Both the position numbers and the translations under genes were made by a program. Of a DNA stretch of 36,696 bases, positions 35,290 through 36,696 are shown piece by piece. The notes below the pieces were generated by a model, which was not told the origin of the DNA, ran no database searches, and worked only from the letters and a program-made list of their open reading frames with translations. Numbering within the stretch: the stretch's first letter is position 1; each line of letters begins with the position of its first letter. Source of the stretch: a virus; the IMG/VR virus record IMGVR_UViG_3300045988_172914, positions 1 to 36,696 of that record. One strand, written 5' to 3'.

Positions 35290-36696
35290 ATGGCTATATT
35301 TTGGACTGATTTTAAGGACGAAACAGACGGGGCTCCCGACAAGACTTCGTTCAACAACTGGGAGAGAGTGGTACAGAGCGGCGGCACAAGGGTGGCTGTA
35401 TTCAATGACGGTACTTCGTCTAACGAGCGTTGTCTTCAGATTGAGCAGAATCCAAGCGCTCAAGTCTTTGTTCGGTGTAAAGCCCTGCCCGCAGAAAATA
35501 GCGGCACCGTCGAGCTGTACACAAAATTCCGCTCCTGGGTGGTGACGAGTCAAAATCCTGGTAGCTTCGGCATTTTCTGCATGAGATACACCGCCCAATC
35601 CCCGGGCGTATCTCTAGCGCTAATTCCTGCATACAACAGGCTGTCTCTATTCCTAAATGACGACGCTCGCAACGAGGGCATCGCTTACTACTGGTTTAAT
35701 TGGGCAAACGGCGAGCAGCTCCACTGTCGCTGTCGCAATGAAGGCAATCGTTACTTGGCCAAGATTTGGAGGGTCGGCGAGGCTGAACCGCCGGGATGGC
35801 AGATCGACGCTCTGCGAAGAGGCGAGCCCGGTTGGGGATATTACGGAGTGGGTAATTATTCTCGAGCATGGACTAAGTTCTATTTGTTCGGCATAGGGAC
35901 TGACGGCAGCGAGGCTCCAAAAACCGACCCGAGCCGACAAGTCATTACCTCTTTCGATGGCAACTTTGCGATTTGTCGAGACAGCAGCTCTAGTATCGGC
36001 GGCAATTTTGCCGTCGGACGAACGAGTCGGCTCGCACTACCCGGACGGTTCGCTGTGACACGCACCGAGTACGCTTCCCTCCTAGGGTCGTTTGCGATGT
36101 CGACAGAGAAGCGCTCTGGCGTCGTCGGCCGTTTCGCTGTGAGCCGAAAGAGGTATGGCAGCGTACCCGGTAGGTTTTCTGTTGCAAAAATGCAATCTGC
36201 GAAGATATCGGGGCGGTTTGCGGTTGCAAAGTCGCAGCACGTCGGGTTATCGGGCAATTTTGCGGTCAAGAGAGCTGTTTTGCCGGGAGAGCACCACGCC
36301 GGGCTAGTCGGCCGTTTCGCTGTGAGCCGAAAGAGGTATGGCAAGATACAAGGCGAGTTTACTATCGGTCGACGCAATACATCAAACGCAAAGGGGGTAT
36401 TTACTGTCGCTGTGGCCGACAAATCGTCGATATCCGGGGTGTTCACTATTTCGAGGAGCGCCATAGCTAATATTGCGGGCAATTTTGCAGTCGGTAAAGG
36501 CGGAAAATCCGACCTGGTCGGACAGTTTGTCGTCGGAGCTGTCGAGAGTTCTTCGGTGGGCGGCCGCTTTGCCATCTCAAGACAAAGTCGGTCGTCGATG
36601 GTTGGCAGATTCAGAGTGGTGTTGCCTAACAATGGGCTGTACCCCTCTCGCTGGACGAAGTTACCGCAAAACAGCCCCTCTCGCTGGACGAAGTTA
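35290..36696 (+). CDS. Repeat protein, 469 codons to the window edge, continuing into nt 1-63. It has a ~215-aa non-repetitive N-terminal domain and sixteen 14-residue G-(R/N)-F-A-V-x-(R/K) repeats. The C-terminus carries a tandem PSRWTKLPQNS x2.
   Basis: Hand translation of frame 1 with no stop to the end of the window. Strict 42-nt periodicity and two identical 37-bp internal DNA segments at 36123 and 36306. The gene follows a strong terminator and has its own 235-nt upstream region. Confidence 0.7.
   Translation, partial: MAIFWTDFKDETDGAPDKTSFNNWERVVQSGGTRVAVFNDGTSSNERCLQIEQNPSAQVFVRCKALPAENSGTVELYTKFRSWVVTSQNPGSFGIFCMRYTAQSPGVSLALIPAYNRLSLFLNDDARNEGIAYYWFNWANGEQLHCRCRNEGNRYLAKIWRVGEAEPPGWQIDALRRGEPGWGYYGVGNYSRAWTKFYLFGIGTDGSEAPKTDPSRQVITSFDGNFAICRDSSSSIGGNFAVGRTSRLALPGRFAVTRTEYASLLGSFAMSTEKRSGVVGRFAVSRKRYGSVPGRFSVAKMQSAKISGRFAVAKSQHVGLSGNFAVKRAVLPGEHHAGLVGRFAVSRKRYGKIQGEFTIGRRNTSNAKGVFTVAVADKSSISGVFTISRSAIANIAGNFAVGKGGKSDLVGQFVVGAVESSSVGGRFAISRQSRSSMVGRFRVVLPNNGLYPSRWTKLPQNSPSRWTKL
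36643..36696 (+). repeat. Tandem 33-bp coding repeat (cccctctcgctggacgaagttaccgcaaaacag) x ~1.6 at the contig edge, continued at nt 1-51
   Basis: Read directly. Confidence 0.85.

Noticed and set aside
35880-36632. 250-aa minus-strand ORF (MLGNTTLNL...) reported by the six-frame track
   Set aside because: It has a TTG start and a low-complexity Pro/Thr/Ala-rich product. It lies wholly antisense to the periodic-repeat coding region, whose 42-nt periodicity, terminator and leader fit the + strand. It is a shadow ORF.
1-36696. Prophage / attL-attR interpretation of the identical 51-nt ends
   Set aside because: There is no integrase, repressor or host flank. The ends overlap inside a single ORF that stays in frame, which is typical of a circularised assembly or terminal redundancy.
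1-36696. tRNA or other structured RNA genes in intergenic gaps (11283-11446, 17735-17767, 21590-21808, 23659-24090, 35053-35289)
   Set aside because: No cloverleaf-compatible arms or a GTTCGAATC-type T-loop were found by eye. The gaps are better explained as terminators and promoters. A covariance-model scan would be needed to exclude them.

Overview
The window looks like a complete, circularly closed genome of a virulent dsDNA phage. About 36.6 kb are unique, and the last 51 nt (36646-36696) are identical to nt 1-51, so the two contig ends overlap. No integrase, repressor, tRNA, CRISPR array or host gene was seen.

The coding layout has three parts.

- **Rightward late/structural arm (24091 -> end -> 1 -> 11282, + strand).** Three small proteins, one a TerS candidate, come first, then TerL with a GGARGGGKT Walker A, a 700-aa portal, a 484-aa post-portal head protein and an acidic scaffold. 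An Amidase_2+SH3b endolysin and a holin are embedded mid-module. A 472-aa protein with sixteen 14-residue 'G-R/N-F-A-V' repeats and a tandem 33-bp C-terminal repeat runs across the contig junction. Tail proteins of 296, 669, 290 and 464 aa follow. Four consecutive internal/ejection-type proteins end or begin with Gly runs and form two paralogous pairs. The arm ends with a putative T7-like major capsid protein and a bidirectional terminator.

- **Leftward early arm (23658 -> 11447, - strand).** It encodes a VRR-NUC nuclease, a YqaJ/RecE-like exonuclease plus RecT, and a small DPPH-motif DNA methyltransferase translationally coupled to a 56-aa membrane miniprotein. It also encodes a T4-type RNA ligase 1 plus polynucleotide kinase-phosphatase (a tRNA-repair counter-defence pair) and a translationally coupled GroES/GroEL-like chaperonin pair. 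Around twenty small unknown proteins fill the remainder. No DNA polymerase, primase or helicase is visible.

- **Non-coding signal.** The strongest signal is a 10-mer, TTTTCCACAG in the sense orientation, found four times 50-100 bp upstream of every early transcription unit and of the first rightward gene. A 44-bp exact RBS/leader cassette is present twice. The 430-bp divergent control region contains a polypurine tract and tandem palindromic 16-mers, which makes it an origin candidate.

The most interesting items are the periodic-repeat protein, the phage-borne GroES/GroEL pair, the Rnl1+Pnk module and the conserved early-promoter motif.
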